A stretch of 43,683 nucleotides of DNA from Actinomycetota bacterium (GTDB lineage: Bacteria; Actinomycetota; Thermoleophilia; Gaiellales; Gaiellaceae), in assembly GCA_005883335.1 (NCBI GenBank), contig VAXM01000065.1, forward strand, positions 1 through 43,683. The letters run 5' to 3'. The position numbers and the translations under genes are program-made. Shown piece after piece: positions 16,422 through 27,819 of this stretch. Position 1 is the stretch's first letter. Every line of letters starts with the position of its first letter. Below the pieces are notes generated by a model. The model had not been told where the DNA came from. It worked only from the letters and a program-made list of their open reading frames with translations, and made no database searches.

Positions 16422-19400
16422 ATGCGTCAGCTTGGTTTGAAGGTGCTCGTTGCGGCGTGCTTGGTGTTCGGGGTCTTTTTGGCAACGGCCGCACCCAGCT
16501 ACGCGGCGGACCTGGGCGGTGTCGCAGCGGCCTCCCCATCCACGGTTCCGGCGGGCGGCTCGACGCTCCTCACCGTCAACGTGACTCCGGCTGACGGCCC
16601 GCCGAGCACGAACATCCTCGTCACGGTCAACGTGAGCTCGATCGGCGGCCCGCCTTCGATCCTGCTCCGCGACGACGGCACGAACGGCGACGTCACCGCC
16701 GGCGACAACGTCTTCAGCGCCCGCGTGACCGTCAGTCAGGCGACGACCCTCGGCGTCAAGTCACTCGCGGTGACGATTTCGGATGCGCAGAGCCGGACGG
16801 CGACGACCTCGATCGGGCTCATCGTGACCGCGCCGCTGCAGATCGTGATCAGCCAGGTCTACGGCGGGGGCGGCAACTCCGGCGCCACCTACAAGAACGA
16901 CTTCATCGAGCTCTTCAACCGCGACGCCACCGCCATCGACCTAGCGGGTTGGTCGGTCCAGTACGCCTCTTCCGCGGGGACTACCTGGCAGCGGACGAAC
17001 CTCACCGGCGTCGTGCTGCAACCCGGGCAGTACTACCTCGTCCAGGAGGCTCAAGGCGCGGGTGGAACCGTCGACCTCCCCACTCCTGACGCCACCGGCA
17101 CGATCGCGATGTCTGCAACCGGCGCGAAGGTCGCGCTCGTGACGAACACGACCACGCTGACGGGCTCCTGCCCGACCACCGCGCTCGACTTCGTCGGCTA
17201 CGACGGGGCCAACTGCTTCGAGGGCAGTGGAGCAACGGCGACGCTCAGCAACACGACCGCCGCGCTGCGGAAGAGCGGCGGTTGCATCGACACGAACGAC
17301 AATGCGAACGATTTCGTCACCGGCTCGCCGAACCCGCGCAACACCGCGTCGCCGCTCAACGTCTGCGGCGCCGACCAGGCTCCGACGGTCAGCTCGACCT
17401 CGCCGGCGAACAACGCGAACGGGGTGTCCGTCAACTCCAGCGTCTCGATCACGCTCAGCGAGCCGGTCGACGTCACCGACGGCTGGTACGACATCTCGTG
17501 CGGGACGAGCGGCGGACATACAGCGTCCGTCAGCGGCGGGCCGACGACATTCACGCTCGATCCCGCGACCGACTTCGCGGCGAACGAGACGTGCACGGTG
17601 ACCGTCCACGCCGCGAAGGTCACCGACCAGGACGTGAACGACCCGCCCGACGCGATGGCGGCCGACTACGTCTTCAGCTTCGCGACCGAGGCGGCGCCCA
17701 CGCCGATTCACGACATCCAGGGCGCATCGCACATCTCGCCGCTCAACGGCCAGACGGTCACCACCCTCGGGACGGTCACCGCGAAGAGCACCAACGGCTT
17801 CTGGATGCAGGACCCGAGCCCGGACTCCGACCCTGCGACCTCGGAGGGCATCTTCGTGTTCACCTCGTCGACTCCGACGGTCAGCGTCGGCGATGCGCTC
17901 AGGGTCAGGGGACGCGTCCAGGAGTTCCGGCCCGGTGGCTCGTCGACGGGGAACCTGACGACGACCGAGCTCTCGGGCTCGCCGTCCATCACCGTCCTCT
18001 CCTCGGGGAACCCGCTGCCGCCGGCGACCGTCGTCGGCACGGGCGGACGGGTGCCGCCCGACCAGGTGATCGAGGACGACGCGGGCGGCAGCGTCGAGAC
18101 GAGCGGCACCTTCGACCCGGCGAACGACGGCCTCGACTTCTGGGAGACCCTCGAAGGCATGCGCGTCCAGCTCGACAATGCCGTCGCCGTGGGGCCGACC
18201 AATGCCTTCGGCGAGACACCCGCGATCGGCGACGACGGGGCGAACGCTTCCGTGCTCACGAACCGCGGGGGAATCCTGCTCCGCCCGAACGACGGCAACC
18301 CCGAGCGCGTGATCGTGGACAACCTGCTCGTCTCGATGCCGCAGATGAACGTGGGCGACCACTACGACGCACCGATCGTGGGGGTGCTCGACTACAACTT
18401 CGGCAACTTCTTCCTCGAGGCGACGGGCTCGGTCACCGCGACCCACGACGGCGTGACCCCAGAGACGACCGACCCGGCTGCGCCCGGCCAGCTCGCGGTC
18501 GCGACCTTCAACTTCGAGAACCTCGACCCGAGCGACGGGCAGCCGAAGTTCGACCAGCTCGCCCACGAGATCGTCACCAACCTCCAATCGCCTGACCTGA
18601 TCGCGGGCGAGGAGGTGCAGGACAGCAACGGGCCGACGGACAACGGCGTCGTCGACGCGACGCAAACGCTGAACCAGCTGGTCTCGACGATTCAGGCCCT
18701 CGGTGGCCCGACGTACGACTGGCGCGAGATCGACCCGGTGAACGACCAGGACGGCGGGGAGCCCGGCGGCAACATCCGCCAGGTCTTCCTGTTCCGCACC
18801 GATCGCGGCCTGTCGTTCGTCGACCGCGCCGGAGGCGGCTCGACGACGCCGACGACGGTCATCGGGAGCGGCAGCGGGACCCAGCTCAGTGCGAGCCCGG
18901 GCCGCATCGACCCGGCCAACGGGGCGTGGACGACGAGCCGGAAGCCGCTGGCAGGCGAGTTCTCCTACAACGGCCACCACCTGTTCGTGATCGCCAACCA
19001 CTTGAACTCGAAGGGCGGCGACGATCCGTTGATGGGCCGATTCCAGCCGCCGGTCCGAAGCTCGGAGGCCCAGCGCCACCAGCAGGCGCAGATCCTCCAC
19101 GACTTCGTCGGCCAGATCGAAGCCGCCGACCCGAACGCCAACATCGTGGTGCTTGGCGACCTGAACGACTTCGAGTGGTCGGACACGGTGCAGATCCTCG
19201 AGTCCGGCGTCCTGCACGACCTGATGGACACGCTCCCGCTCAACCAGCGCTACAGCTACGAGTTCGAGGGGAACGCGCAGGTGCTCGACCACGTCCTCAT
19301 CAGCGGCCCGCTCTTTGCGCGCCCATTCGTCTTCGACCCCGTGCACGTGAACGCGGAGTTCGCGGTGCAGGCCTCCGACCACGATCCGTCCGTCGTGCGG

Positions 19401-20309
19401 ATCGCGCTCAACGACGCGCCGACCGCAGACGCGAGCGGCCCGTACTCCGTCGCCGAGGGCAGCTCGGTGACGCTCACGGGATCAGGAGCCGATCCCGAAG
19501 GCGAGCCCGTGACCTATGCCTGGGATCTCGACGGCAACGGCACCTTCGAGACGCCCGGCCAGTCGGTGTCGTTCTCCGCCGCGGACGGGCCGGCCACGCC
19601 GACCGTCAACCTCCAGGTGACCGACAACCTCGGGGCCGCGACCGTGGCGCACGCGACGGTGAACATCACGAACGTCGCTCCGACGATCACGTCTCTCACG
19701 GCCGCACCGGCGAACACGCTGACCGGCCAGGGCGTGACGCTGACCGGTGCCGCCACCGATCCATCGGCGCCGGACACAGCGGCCGGGTTCACCTGGGCCT
19801 TCGACACCGGCTCCGGCTTCGGGGCATTCGGGAGCAACGGCTTCGTGACGTCGTTCGCGGCGTGCGGCACCTACGACGTCGCCGCAGAGGCGAAGGACAA
19901 GGACGGCGGCGTCTCTGCGCCGTTGACTTCGCCGGCCGCCGTGCACGTGTTCTCCGGCGCGTTCCGGCCGCCGATCGACCCGGACTCGCTCAACCTCGTT
20001 CAGCGCGGCCAGGTCGTACCGGTCAAGATCACCGTCGGCTGCAACGGGTCCCGGAGCGGGCTCCAGCCGGCGATCGCGATCCGCGGCGGCGACTACGACC
20101 CGAACGTCGATCCCGACGATGACAGCTACGTGGTCGCGGACAGCGCGTCGAACGCGGACACGAACGGCGTGATGCGCGAGGTGGGTGATGAGTATCACTA
20201 CAACCTCGTCGTGCCGAACGGGCCGGCCGGAACGATCTACACGGTGCTCATCCGGCCGTTCGGCGGGACCACGCCCGTCATGTACGCGCTCTTGAAGATC
20301 AGGAGATAG
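16422..20309 (+). CDS. large secreted extracellular nuclease (ExeM/NucH-like: LTD + Ig-like + EEP nuclease + PKD repeats)
   Basis: ATG 16422 follows GAGGGAGG. Signal peptide 'MRQLGLKVLVAACLVFGVFLATAAPSYA'. LTD block 'ISQVYGGGGNSGATYKNDFIELFN'. EEP core from 'VATFNFENL' to 'SDHDPSVV'. PKD-like 'YAWDLDGNGTFE'. The track ORF start at 16266 is an upstream extension. Confidence 0.85.
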   Translation: MRQLGLKVLVAACLVFGVFLATAAPSYAADLGGVAAASPSTVPAGGSTLLTVNVTPADGPPSTNILVTVNVSSIGGPPSILLRDDGTNGDVTAGDNVFSARVTVSQATTLGVKSLAVTISDAQSRTATTSIGLIVTAPLQIVISQVYGGGGNSGATYKNDFIELFNRDATAIDLAGWSVQYASSAGTTWQRTNLTGVVLQPGQYYLVQEAQGAGGTVDLPTPDATGTIAMSATGAKVALVTNTTTLTGSCPTTALDFVGYDGANCFEGSGATATLSNTTAALRKSGGCIDTNDNANDFVTGSPNPRNTASPLNVCGADQAPTVSSTSPANNANGVSVNSSVSITLSEPVDVTDGWYDISCGTSGGHTASVSGGPTTFTLDPATDFAANETCTVTVHAAKVTDQDVNDPPDAMAADYVFSFATEAAPTPIHDIQGASHISPLNGQTVTTLGTVTAKSTNGFWMQDPSPDSDPATSEGIFVFTSSTPTVSVGDALRVRGRVQEFRPGGSSTGNLTTTELSGSPSITVLSSGNPLPPATVVGTGGRVPPDQVIEDDAGGSVETSGTFDPANDGLDFWETLEGMRVQLDNAVAVGPTNAFGETPAIGDDGANASVLTNRGGILLRPNDGNPERVIVDNLLVSMPQMNVGDHYDAPIVGVLDYNFGNFFLEATGSVTATHDGVTPETTDPAAPGQLAVATFNFENLDPSDGQPKFDQLAHEIVTNLQSPDLIAGEEVQDSNGPTDNGVVDATQTLNQLVSTIQALGGPTYDWREIDPVNDQDGGEPGGNIRQVFLFRTDRGLSFVDRAGGGSTTPTTVIGSGSGTQLSASPGRIDPANGAWTTSRKPLAGEFSYNGHHLFVIANHLNSKGGDDPLMGRFQPPVRSSEAQRHQQAQILHDFVGQIEAADPNANIVVLGDLNDFEWSDTVQILESGVLHDLMDTLPLNQRYSYEFEGNAQVLDHVLISGPLFARPFVFDPVHVNAEFAVQASDHDPSVVRIALNDAPTADASGPYSVAEGSSVTLTGSGADPEGEPVTYAWDLDGNGTFETPGQSVSFSAADGPATPTVNLQVTDNLGAATVAHATVNITNVAPTITSLTAAPANTLTGQGVTLTGAATDPSAPDTAAGFTWAFDTGSGFGAFGSNGFVTSFAACGTYDVAAEAKDKDGGVSAPLTSPAAVHVFSGAFRPPIDPDSLNLVQRGQVVPVKITVGCNGSRSGLQPAIAIRGGDYDPNVDPDDDSYVVADSASNADTNGVMREVGDEYHYNLVVPNGPAGTIYTVLIRPFGGTTPVMYALLKIRR

Positions 20310-20314
20310 CAGGC

Positions 20315-20340
20315 AGCGGGGCGGCTCGGTTCGCCCCGCT
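20315..20340. terminator. bidirectional terminator hairpin between convergent nuclease and rny
   Basis: AGCGGGGCG-8 nt-CGCCCCGCT (9-bp stem), filling the 33-nt gap between stops at 20309 and 20343. Confidence 0.6.
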
Positions 20341-20342
20341 CG

Positions 20343-21875
20343 CTACTTGGCGAACTCGACGGCGCGGGACTCGCGGATCACGGTCACCTTGATCTGACCC
20401 GGATACTCGAGCTGGTCCTCGATCTCGCGCGCGATCTCGTGCGAGAGGAGGACGGCACCGTCGTCGTCGACCTCTTTCGGCTTGACGATCACGCGGATCT
20501 CCCGGCCGGCCTGAAGGGCGTAGACCTTCTCGACGCCCGGGTGTCGGGCAGCGACCTCCTCGAGCGCCTCGAGCCGCTTGATGTACTGCTCCAGGCTCTC
20601 GCCCCGCGCTCCCGGCCGGGAAGCCGAGATCGCATCGGCTGCGATCACCAGGACCGCCTCGACCGTCTGCGGTTCGACCTCGTAATGATGCGCTTCGATC
20701 GCGTGCACGACCGCGGGCGATTCCCCGTAGCGGCGCGAGTACTGCGCCGACAGGATCGCGTGTGAGCCCTCGACTTCGTGCGTGAGCGCCTTGCCGATGT
20801 CGTGTAGGAGCGCGGCGCGCTTGGCCGTCTTGACGCTCGCCTGGAGCTCGGCCGCCATGATCCCGGCCAGATGGACGACCTCGAGCGTGTGCTTGAGGAC
20901 GTTCTGGCCGTAGCTCGTCCGGTAGCGGAGCCGACCGAGGATCTTGACGAGCTCTTCGTGCAGCTCGCCGCAGTTGGCCTCGAACACCGCCTGCTCACCC
21001 GCCTGGCGGATGAGATCGTCGATCTCCGCCTTCGACTGGTAGTACATCTCTTCGATCCGCGCCGGGTGGATGCGGCCGTCCTCGATCAGCTTGCCCAGCG
21101 TCAGCTTCGCGACCTCGCGGCGGATGCCGTCGAACGATGAGATGACGACCGCCTGCGGGGTGTCGTCGATGATCACGTCGACGCCCGTCAGGTGCTCGAG
21201 CGCGCGGATGTTGCGGCCTTCGCGGCCGATGATCCGGCCCTTCATATCGTCCGAGGGAAGCTCGATCAGCGAGACCGTCGTCTCGGAGGCGTGGTTCGCG
21301 GCCACGCGTTGGAGCGCATCGGCGACGAGGTTGCGCGCCCGGCGCTTCGCCTCGCCGCGCGCCTCTTCCTCGGCCTGGCGGACGCGGCGCGCCAGCTCGT
21401 GGCGGACCAGCTCCTCGGAGCGCTCGAGCAGATGCGCCTTCGCCTCGTTGACGGTCATTCCCGAGATCCGCTGGAGCTCCTCGAACTGCGTCTCGCGTGC
21501 GGTTTTCAGCTCGTCCTGAAGCTGCTTGGCGTGTGTCTCTCGGTCGGCGAGGCCCTGCTCCCTGCGTGACAGCTCCGTCAGCTTGCGGTCGATCTCCTCC
21601 TCCTGCGCGAGGACGCGCTCCTCGATCTTCATCGTCTCGGTGCGGCGAGCCGCGATCTCCTGCTCGATCGTGCTTCGGAGGCGGACGGTTTCCTCACGCG
21701 CCTCGATCTGCGCCTCACGCCGCAGCGCTTCGGCGTCCCGTTTCGCCTCGCTGACGAGCAGCTGGCGGGTTCGGCGTGCGGCGGCCAGGCGAGAGCCGGT
21801 CAGTGCATAGAGCGAGAGAAAAGCGAGACCGGCTCCTGCTACCAGTCCGATCGCGATCCCGATGACGACGAGCAT
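20343..21875 (-). CDS. rny: ribonuclease Y
   Basis: 510 aa. N-terminal TM helix, coiled-coil region, KH 'GRIIGREGRNIRALE' and HD 'ALLHDIGKA'. Confidence 0.95.
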   Translation of the reverse strand: MLVVIGIAIGLVAGAGLAFLSLYALTGSRLAAARRTRQLLVSEAKRDAEALRREAQIEAREETVRLRSTIEQEIAARRTETMKIEERVLAQEEEIDRKLTELSRREQGLADRETHAKQLQDELKTARETQFEELQRISGMTVNEAKAHLLERSEELVRHELARRVRQAEEEARGEAKRRARNLVADALQRVAANHASETTVSLIELPSDDMKGRIIGREGRNIRALEHLTGVDVIIDDTPQAVVISSFDGIRREVAKLTLGKLIEDGRIHPARIEEMYYQSKAEIDDLIRQAGEQAVFEANCGELHEELVKILGRLRYRTSYGQNVLKHTLEVVHLAGIMAAELQASVKTAKRAALLHDIGKALTHEVEGSHAILSAQYSRRYGESPAVVHAIEAHHYEVEPQTVEAVLVIAADAISASRPGARGESLEQYIKRLEALEEVAARHPGVEKVYALQAGREIRVIVKPKEVDDDGAVLLSHEIAREIEDQLEYPGQIKVTVIRESRAVEFAK

Positions 21876-22136
21876 GCACGCTCCCTACCTCGTGCCGGAG
21901 TGGTCCCGGCTGGGGTCCGAGTTGTCCGCGCCGGAGCGCGGCGCTCATCCAGCACCGCTACACCGGACATGCTCGAATCGGGGCGTGCGAGGCTTGCGCG
22001 AGCCTCGACGGGCGGTTCAACTCACCGCCGCTCTGAGTTCGCCTCCTTTGCGCTCATCGTTGCTCTCTGGGATCTCTGGGTCTGGGTCCGATTCGGAAAC
22101 ACGTGAGATGCAGGCAAAATGTGGAATGAAGCCCCT

Positions 22137-22556
22137 CTATCCTAGCGCCGCCCGGGGGGTTGACGCAATGGACGCTTCGATCACGTCCGGCTCGAAGCCG
22201 CGGCTCGCGAGCAATCGAGCTGTCGCCGGCCCGGGGCCGCGGCGCAGGACGATCCGCTCTGCTCGTACCCGCTCCGGCTCGAGCTCTCCCAGCGCCGCCT
22301 CGATCAACTCGCCCGGCAGGGACTGGCTTTCGAGGTCGTACCGGATCGCGGCATCGCCCTTCCCGCGCTCCGCGAGGGCGCGGGCACGATTGGCGGCGAA
22401 CCTCGCTTCGTTCAGCGCGCCCTCGTCGCGTAGCCGTGCGAGGACCTGCTCGGCCTCCGCCGGGTCGACTCCCGCGCGTTCGAGCCGTTCGCGCAAAGCG
22501 CGCTCAGAGAAATCGCGCCGCGCGAGCGCCTTCGTGGCGACGTCGAGAGCCCGCAA
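22137..22556 (-). CDS. recX: recombination regulator RecX
   Basis: 139-aa helical-repeat protein. TTG start lies immediately after the recA TAG with 0-nt spacing. 'RRDFSERALRERL' type repeats. Confidence 0.8.
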   Translation of the reverse strand: MRALDVATKALARRDFSERALRERLERAGVDPAEAEQVLARLRDEGALNEARFAANRARALAERGKGDAAIRYDLESQSLPGELIEAALGELEPERVRAERIVLRRGPGPATARLLASRGFEPDVIEASIASTPRAALG

Positions 22557-23626
<1,070 letters not shown>

Positions 23627-23630
<4 letters not shown>

Positions 23631-24205
23631 CTACCTCCTAGAACCACCGATTCGAGGACTTCATATTGCGCCCCGCCGGGGCGTAGACGTGACAGGTAAA
23701 CAGCAGCATCGGACGGACTGAATCGTTCCAGGTCCGGTAGCTGCGGCCGCAGCCGTGGACGGACTTTGAAGCGCAGGACGGTCACGTGCGGCAGCCACTC
23801 CCGGCGCTCGGGCTCGTAGACGCCCAGCGCTTCCAGCCGCGTGTGCAGATCGCGCGCCAGCAGCCCCGCGCGGCCGCCCTCGTCGTCGAGCGCGAGCATG
23901 CCGACGCTGCGCGTCTCGCGGTAACGCCGAAGCGACAGGAGCGGCCGTTCGGCACCCGCGGCCGCCTCGCGCAGCGCGTCGAGGATCGACTCGACCTCGC
24001 CGACGGGCCGGTGGCCGAGAAACGCGAGCGTGATGTGCAGGTGCTCGGCGGAGAGCACCCGGACGTCGCGCGCGTCGCCAAAAGCGTGGCGCTGCCACTC
24101 GACGAGCTCGCGCACCGTCTCCGGCGGAAGCCGGAGCGCGCAAAAGAGGCGTATCCGTTCACGGCCTTCGAAACTAGCAGGGGCTTTCGCGCGTGTCTGT
24201 GTCAA
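23627..24205 (-). CDS. thpR: RNA 2',3'-cyclic phosphodiesterase / 2'-5' RNA ligase family (2H phosphoesterase)
   Basis: Two H-x-T-x motifs, 'HITLAFLG' and 'HVTVLRF'. 4-nt overlaps with cinA and recA. Confidence 0.8.
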
Positions 24206-25458
24206 CTCTGTGCCAGAAGTGTGCGCACGACGTGGAGCGCGGCAGCCGTCGCTCGCCCACGGATCGCGGAGCGGTCGCCGGGGAGGTTGAGCTCCCGCGA
24301 GGCGCTCCCATCGGTCCCCTCCGCGTGCAGGTAGACGAGCCCGACCGGTTTCTCCGGAGTGCCGCCCCCAGGCCCCGCGATCCCGGTCACCGCGACCGCG
24401 ACGTCAGCGTCCAGCCGCGCCCGCGCGCCTGCGGCCATCGCCGCTGCGACCTCGGCGGACACGGCTCCGTGCCGCGCGAGCAGCTCCTCGGACACGCCCA
24501 GCTCCGCCCGCTTCACGTCGTCCGCGTAGGCCACGACCCCCCCGCGGAAGACATCGCTCGAGCCCGGCACCGAGGTCAGCCGTGCCGCCACGAGCCCGCC
24601 AGTGCAGGACTCCGCGGTAGCGAGCGACAACCCCCGCTTCAGGCAGGCCGCCAGCACGAGCTCCTCGACCGCCCGCTCGTCCTCGGCGAACAGGTACTCG
24701 CCGAGCCGCTTGCGCAGCCCGGTGCCGAGCCGATCTGCGGCAGAGGACGCCTCCGCCTCGAAGACGAGATCGACGTGGATCTCGAAGTCGCGCGCACAGA
24801 CCGTCGCCGCCAGGCCGGGCGCCTCTCCCCCGGCCTCCGCCAGCGCCCGCGCCACCGCTGACTCGCTTGCGCCGTAGAACCGCAGCACTCGCCTTTCGGG
24901 TTCATGCGCGCGCGCGAGGACTGCGCGCACCGGCGAGGTCTCGAGCGCCTGCGGCCAGAGGCGGCGCAACTCGGACGGCGGTCCCGGCAGGACCACGAAG
25001 ACCGTGTCTTCGGCCTCCAGCACCAGAGCCGGCGCGGTGCCGGCAATCCCGACCACCTCGGCGCCGGCCGGCAGCGTCGCCTGCTTGCGGACGCCCTCGG
25101 CGAAGTCGGCATAGGGACGCCGCAGGCGCTCCGCAACGCGGCGCGAGACGGCCTCGATCTCGGCCTCGAGCGCTGCGCCGACGGCCAGCTCACGGCCGGT
25201 CGCGCGCGCCAAGAGCTCGACCGTGCGATCGTCGTGCGTCGGCCCGAGGCCGCCCGAAACCGCGCAGAGATCGGCACCCAGGCCCTCACGAAGCGCGGCC
25301 TCGAGCTCGGCAGGATCGTCGCCCACGATCTGGATCCGCGCCGGCTCGATCCCGAGCCGCAGCAGCTCGCCGGCCAGGAACGGCCCGTTCCGGTCGGTCC
25401 GCTCGCCGCGGACGAGCTCGCTGCCGGTGACGACGACGACCCCGCGCGGGCGGGTCAA
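24202..25458 (-). CDS. cinA: competence/damage-inducible protein CinA (MoCF-like N-domain + PncC-type NMN amidohydrolase C-domain)
   Basis: 418 aa. 'VVTGSELVRGERTDRNGPFLA' N-domain and 'AESCTGGLVAARLTSVPGSS' C-domain. Confidence 0.9.
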   Translation of the reverse strand: MTRPRGVVVVTGSELVRGERTDRNGPFLAGELLRLGIEPARIQIVGDDPAELEAALREGLGADLCAVSGGLGPTHDDRTVELLARATGRELAVGAALEAEIEAVSRRVAERLRRPYADFAEGVRKQATLPAGAEVVGIAGTAPALVLEAEDTVFVVLPGPPSELRRLWPQALETSPVRAVLARAHEPERRVLRFYGASESAVARALAEAGGEAPGLAATVCARDFEIHVDLVFEAEASSAADRLGTGLRKRLGEYLFAEDERAVEELVLAACLKRGLSLATAESCTGGLVAARLTSVPGSSDVFRGGVVAYADDVKRAELGVSEELLARHGAVSAEVAAAMAAGARARLDADVAVAVTGIAGPGGGTPEKPVGLVYLHAEGTDGSASRELNLPGDRSAIRGRATAAALHVVRTLLAQS

Positions 25459-26219
25459 GCGGTCGCGGGAGCGACCGAGACGCCGCGCGCGGTCACGAGC
25501 ACCATCACGGATCGCCCGCTGCCGGGGAGCAACACGGGCTTACCGTTGACCGCGGCCTTGACGTTGCCGGGGTTGCCGAAGTTGATCCAGAGCCGCCGCG
25601 CGACGAGGGGCCCGAGGTGCTGGCGGTACTGCAATGTCCCGGTGTAGAGCGTCCTGCCGCTCGAGGAATAGTTCCGCACGTCCATCCAGCAGTTCCCGCT
25701 GGTCGCGACCACGAAGAAGCGGATCCTTGCGGGGCGTGCCGCCTTGCGCTGCTTCTTCCGCCGAGGCCCCGGAGTCTGCGCCTTGGTGCTGGTGGTGCCG
25801 AGGTTCGGGATCGGCGGATTGTTGTCGTTGCCGCTGCCGAACTTGAAGGCGGCGATGACGAATGCGCAGACGATCGCGATCCCGCCCAGGGCGACGACGA
25901 CGCCGCGCCGCTCCAACCGTCTATGTCGCTGGTGGACGGTCGAGCTCCGGCGGGCGACAACCGGCTCGCGCGGCTCGTCCTCGCCGACCGCGTAGCGCGA
26001 GTTGTACTCGTCGACGTAGAGCTGCCCGTCGAGCCCGAGGTAGTCCGAGTACGTCCGCAGGAAGCCCTTGACGTACGTCTGGGCCGGAAGCGCGTCGAAG
26101 TTCTCTTCTTCCAGCGCCTGCAGGTAGCGGGCCCTGATCTTGGTCGCCAGCTCGACGTCAGAGAGCTCCAGCTGCTGGCGGTAGCGCGCCTCGCGCAGGC
26201 TGTTGCCGATCTCGAACAC
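25455..26219 (-). CDS. RodZ-like HTH / DUF4115 membrane protein
   Basis: N-terminal HTH 'IGNSLREARYRQQLELSDVELATKIRARYLQALEEENFDALP', one TM helix, and a C-terminal beta-domain typical of the RodZ C-terminus. Confidence 0.7.
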   Translation of the reverse strand: MFEIGNSLREARYRQQLELSDVELATKIRARYLQALEEENFDALPAQTYVKGFLRTYSDYLGLDGQLYVDEYNSRYAVGEDEPREPVVARRSSTVHQRHRRLERRGVVVALGGIAIVCAFVIAAFKFGSGNDNNPPIPNLGTTSTKAQTPGPRRKKQRKAARPARIRFFVVATSGNCWMDVRNYSSSGRTLYTGTLQYRQHLGPLVARRLWINFGNPGNVKAAVNGKPVLLPGSGRSVMVLVTARGVSVAPATA

Positions 26220-26243
26220 GGGAGAGGGCGATTGTAGCCCGGT

Positions 26244-26600
26244 CTAACCGAAGTAGTTCAACAGCGCATAGAAACCCAGCGCGAGGGCCGCGGTCAGCCC
26301 GAGGCAGAGCGACAGCAGGCCCAGCAGCTTCCCGGCTCGCGCGAGCCCGGCCCCGCCGGCCCGGCCCAGCGTGCGCTCGATCCGGAACTGCGCTTTCCGC
26401 GCCAGCAGCAGCGCCAGGAGGCCGGGCAGCGCCGAGCCGCAGGTCGCCTCCGTCCCCTGGACGATCGTCACGTCCTTCAGCTGCCGCGCTGCCACGTAGC
26501 CGGCGACCGGGAGCAGAAGCCCGAGGAGCGCGCACGCGACCGAGCCTCGCGCCGCGTCGTTCCTCGCGCGGGCGCTACTGCTTCTGGTAAGGCTGACCAT
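26244..26600 (-). CDS. small hydrophobic membrane protein, unknown function
   Basis: 118 aa with 3-4 hydrophobic segments and very high GC3. The start region overlaps the permease stop by 26 nt, so the start is uncertain. Confidence 0.45.
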   Translation of the reverse strand: MVSLTRSSSARARNDAARGSVACALLGLLLPVAGYVAARQLKDVTIVQGTEATCGSALPGLLALLLARKAQFRIERTLGRAGGAGLARAGKLLGLLSLCLGLTAALALGFYALLNYFG

Positions 26601-27819
26601 CTGCTGCGGGTGGGATCGAGCGACCGATGATGCCAGCGACGGCGATCAGCGTGAGCACGTACGGGAGGGCCTGGAAGAGGACGGGCCACGCCGCGGACTC
26701 CGATGCGGACAGGTCCGGCAGGCGCTGGGCGAGCGCGCTCGAGAAACCGAACAGCAGGCAGGCCGCGAAGGCTCCGAACGGCCGCCAGCCGCCGAAGATG
26801 AGCGCCGCCAGCGCGATGAAGCCGCGCCCTGCCGTCATGTTCTCGGTGAACGCGTTGACGTAGCCGAGCGAGAGGAACACGCCTCCGAGCGCCGCGAGGG
26901 CGCCGGAGAGCGTGACCGCCGCGTAGCGCGTCCCGTAGACGGAGATGCCGACGGTGTCGGCCGCACGGGGATGCTCGCCCACCGAGCGGACACGTAGGCC
27001 GATCGCCGTCTTGAACAGCGCAAAGTAGGACATCGGCAGGAGCGCCAGGCTGAGCCAGATCATCAGGTTCAGCGAGCCGAACGAGTTCACGAGGAAGTTC
27101 CCGAGCCCGTGAGGCGGGATGCTGTGCAACCAGCCGAGGTGGACATCCGGAACAGCGGGCAGATTCTGCGGCGTGCCGTTGTTGCCGTAGATGTCGTTGT
27201 AGAGGTAGCCCGTGATCCCGAGGGCCAGGAAGTTGACCGCGGTCCCGCCGACGATCTGGTCGGCGCGGAGGTGGATGGCGAAGATCGCGTAGATGAAGGC
27301 CAGGGCGGCTCCACCGGCCAGCCCGATCGCGACCCCGCCGAGCCAGGAGCCCGTCTTGTCGGCGCCCCACGCTCCGAAGAAGGCGCCCATCAGCATCATC
27401 CCCTCGAGACCGATGTTCACGACTCCGCTCCGCTCGGAGAACATTCCGCCGAGGGCCGCGAAGGTCAACGGCGTGGCCCACCGGAGCGTCGCTGCGATGA
27501 GCGCGGACCAGACGAAGGTGCCCTCCAGGTTCGAGGCCTGCGTCTGCATCAGCGCGAGCGCCAGGCCGACCCCGACGATGCCGGCGACGACGGCGCCACC
27601 GCCGATGCGCCGCTCGCCGCGGGCGAAGGCCCAGATTCCGGCAGCGGCCCCCAGGATCCCGAGTGCGACGGGCCCCGGCGGCGTTCGGAGCGTCGCGGGG
27701 GGCAGCGCGAGCCAGAAGCCAACGATGGCGAGCCCGATCCCGAGGATGCCGATCGAGCGCGGCGACGAGAGCGTCGTCCAGACGGCCCTCCCGTTGAGCC
27801 TCTCGGCACGCGCGATCAT
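26575..27819 (-). CDS. ABC transporter permease (nucleoside/simple-sugar BMP-type, second permease)
   Basis: 414 aa polytopic protein, last gene of an SBP-ATPase-permease-permease unit. 4-nt overlap with the upstream permease. Confidence 0.85.
   Translation of the reverse strand: MIARAERLNGRAVWTTLSSPRSIGILGIGLAIVGFWLALPPATLRTPPGPVALGILGAAAGIWAFARGERRIGGGAVVAGIVGVGLALALMQTQASNLEGTFVWSALIAATLRWATPLTFAALGGMFSERSGVVNIGLEGMMLMGAFFGAWGADKTGSWLGGVAIGLAGGAALAFIYAIFAIHLRADQIVGGTAVNFLALGITGYLYNDIYGNNGTPQNLPAVPDVHLGWLHSIPPHGLGNFLVNSFGSLNLMIWLSLALLPMSYFALFKTAIGLRVRSVGEHPRAADTVGISVYGTRYAAVTLSGALAALGGVFLSLGYVNAFTENMTAGRGFIALAALIFGGWRPFGAFAACLLFGFSSALAQRLPDLSASESAAWPVLFQALPYVLTLIAVAGIIGRSIPPAADGQPYQKQ

Noticed and set aside
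16941-19382. 813-aa minus-strand ORF
   Set aside because: It is antisense to the extracellular nuclease gene, which has LTD/EEP/PKD motifs. Its composition is that of a GC artefact.
23641-23655. GAACCACCGATTCGA upstream of recA as a possible SOS (LexA/Cheo-type GAAC-N4-GTTC) box
   Set aside because: Only the first half-site matches. The second half is GATT/ATTC with the wrong sequence and spacing, and the site lies inside the thpR coding sequence.
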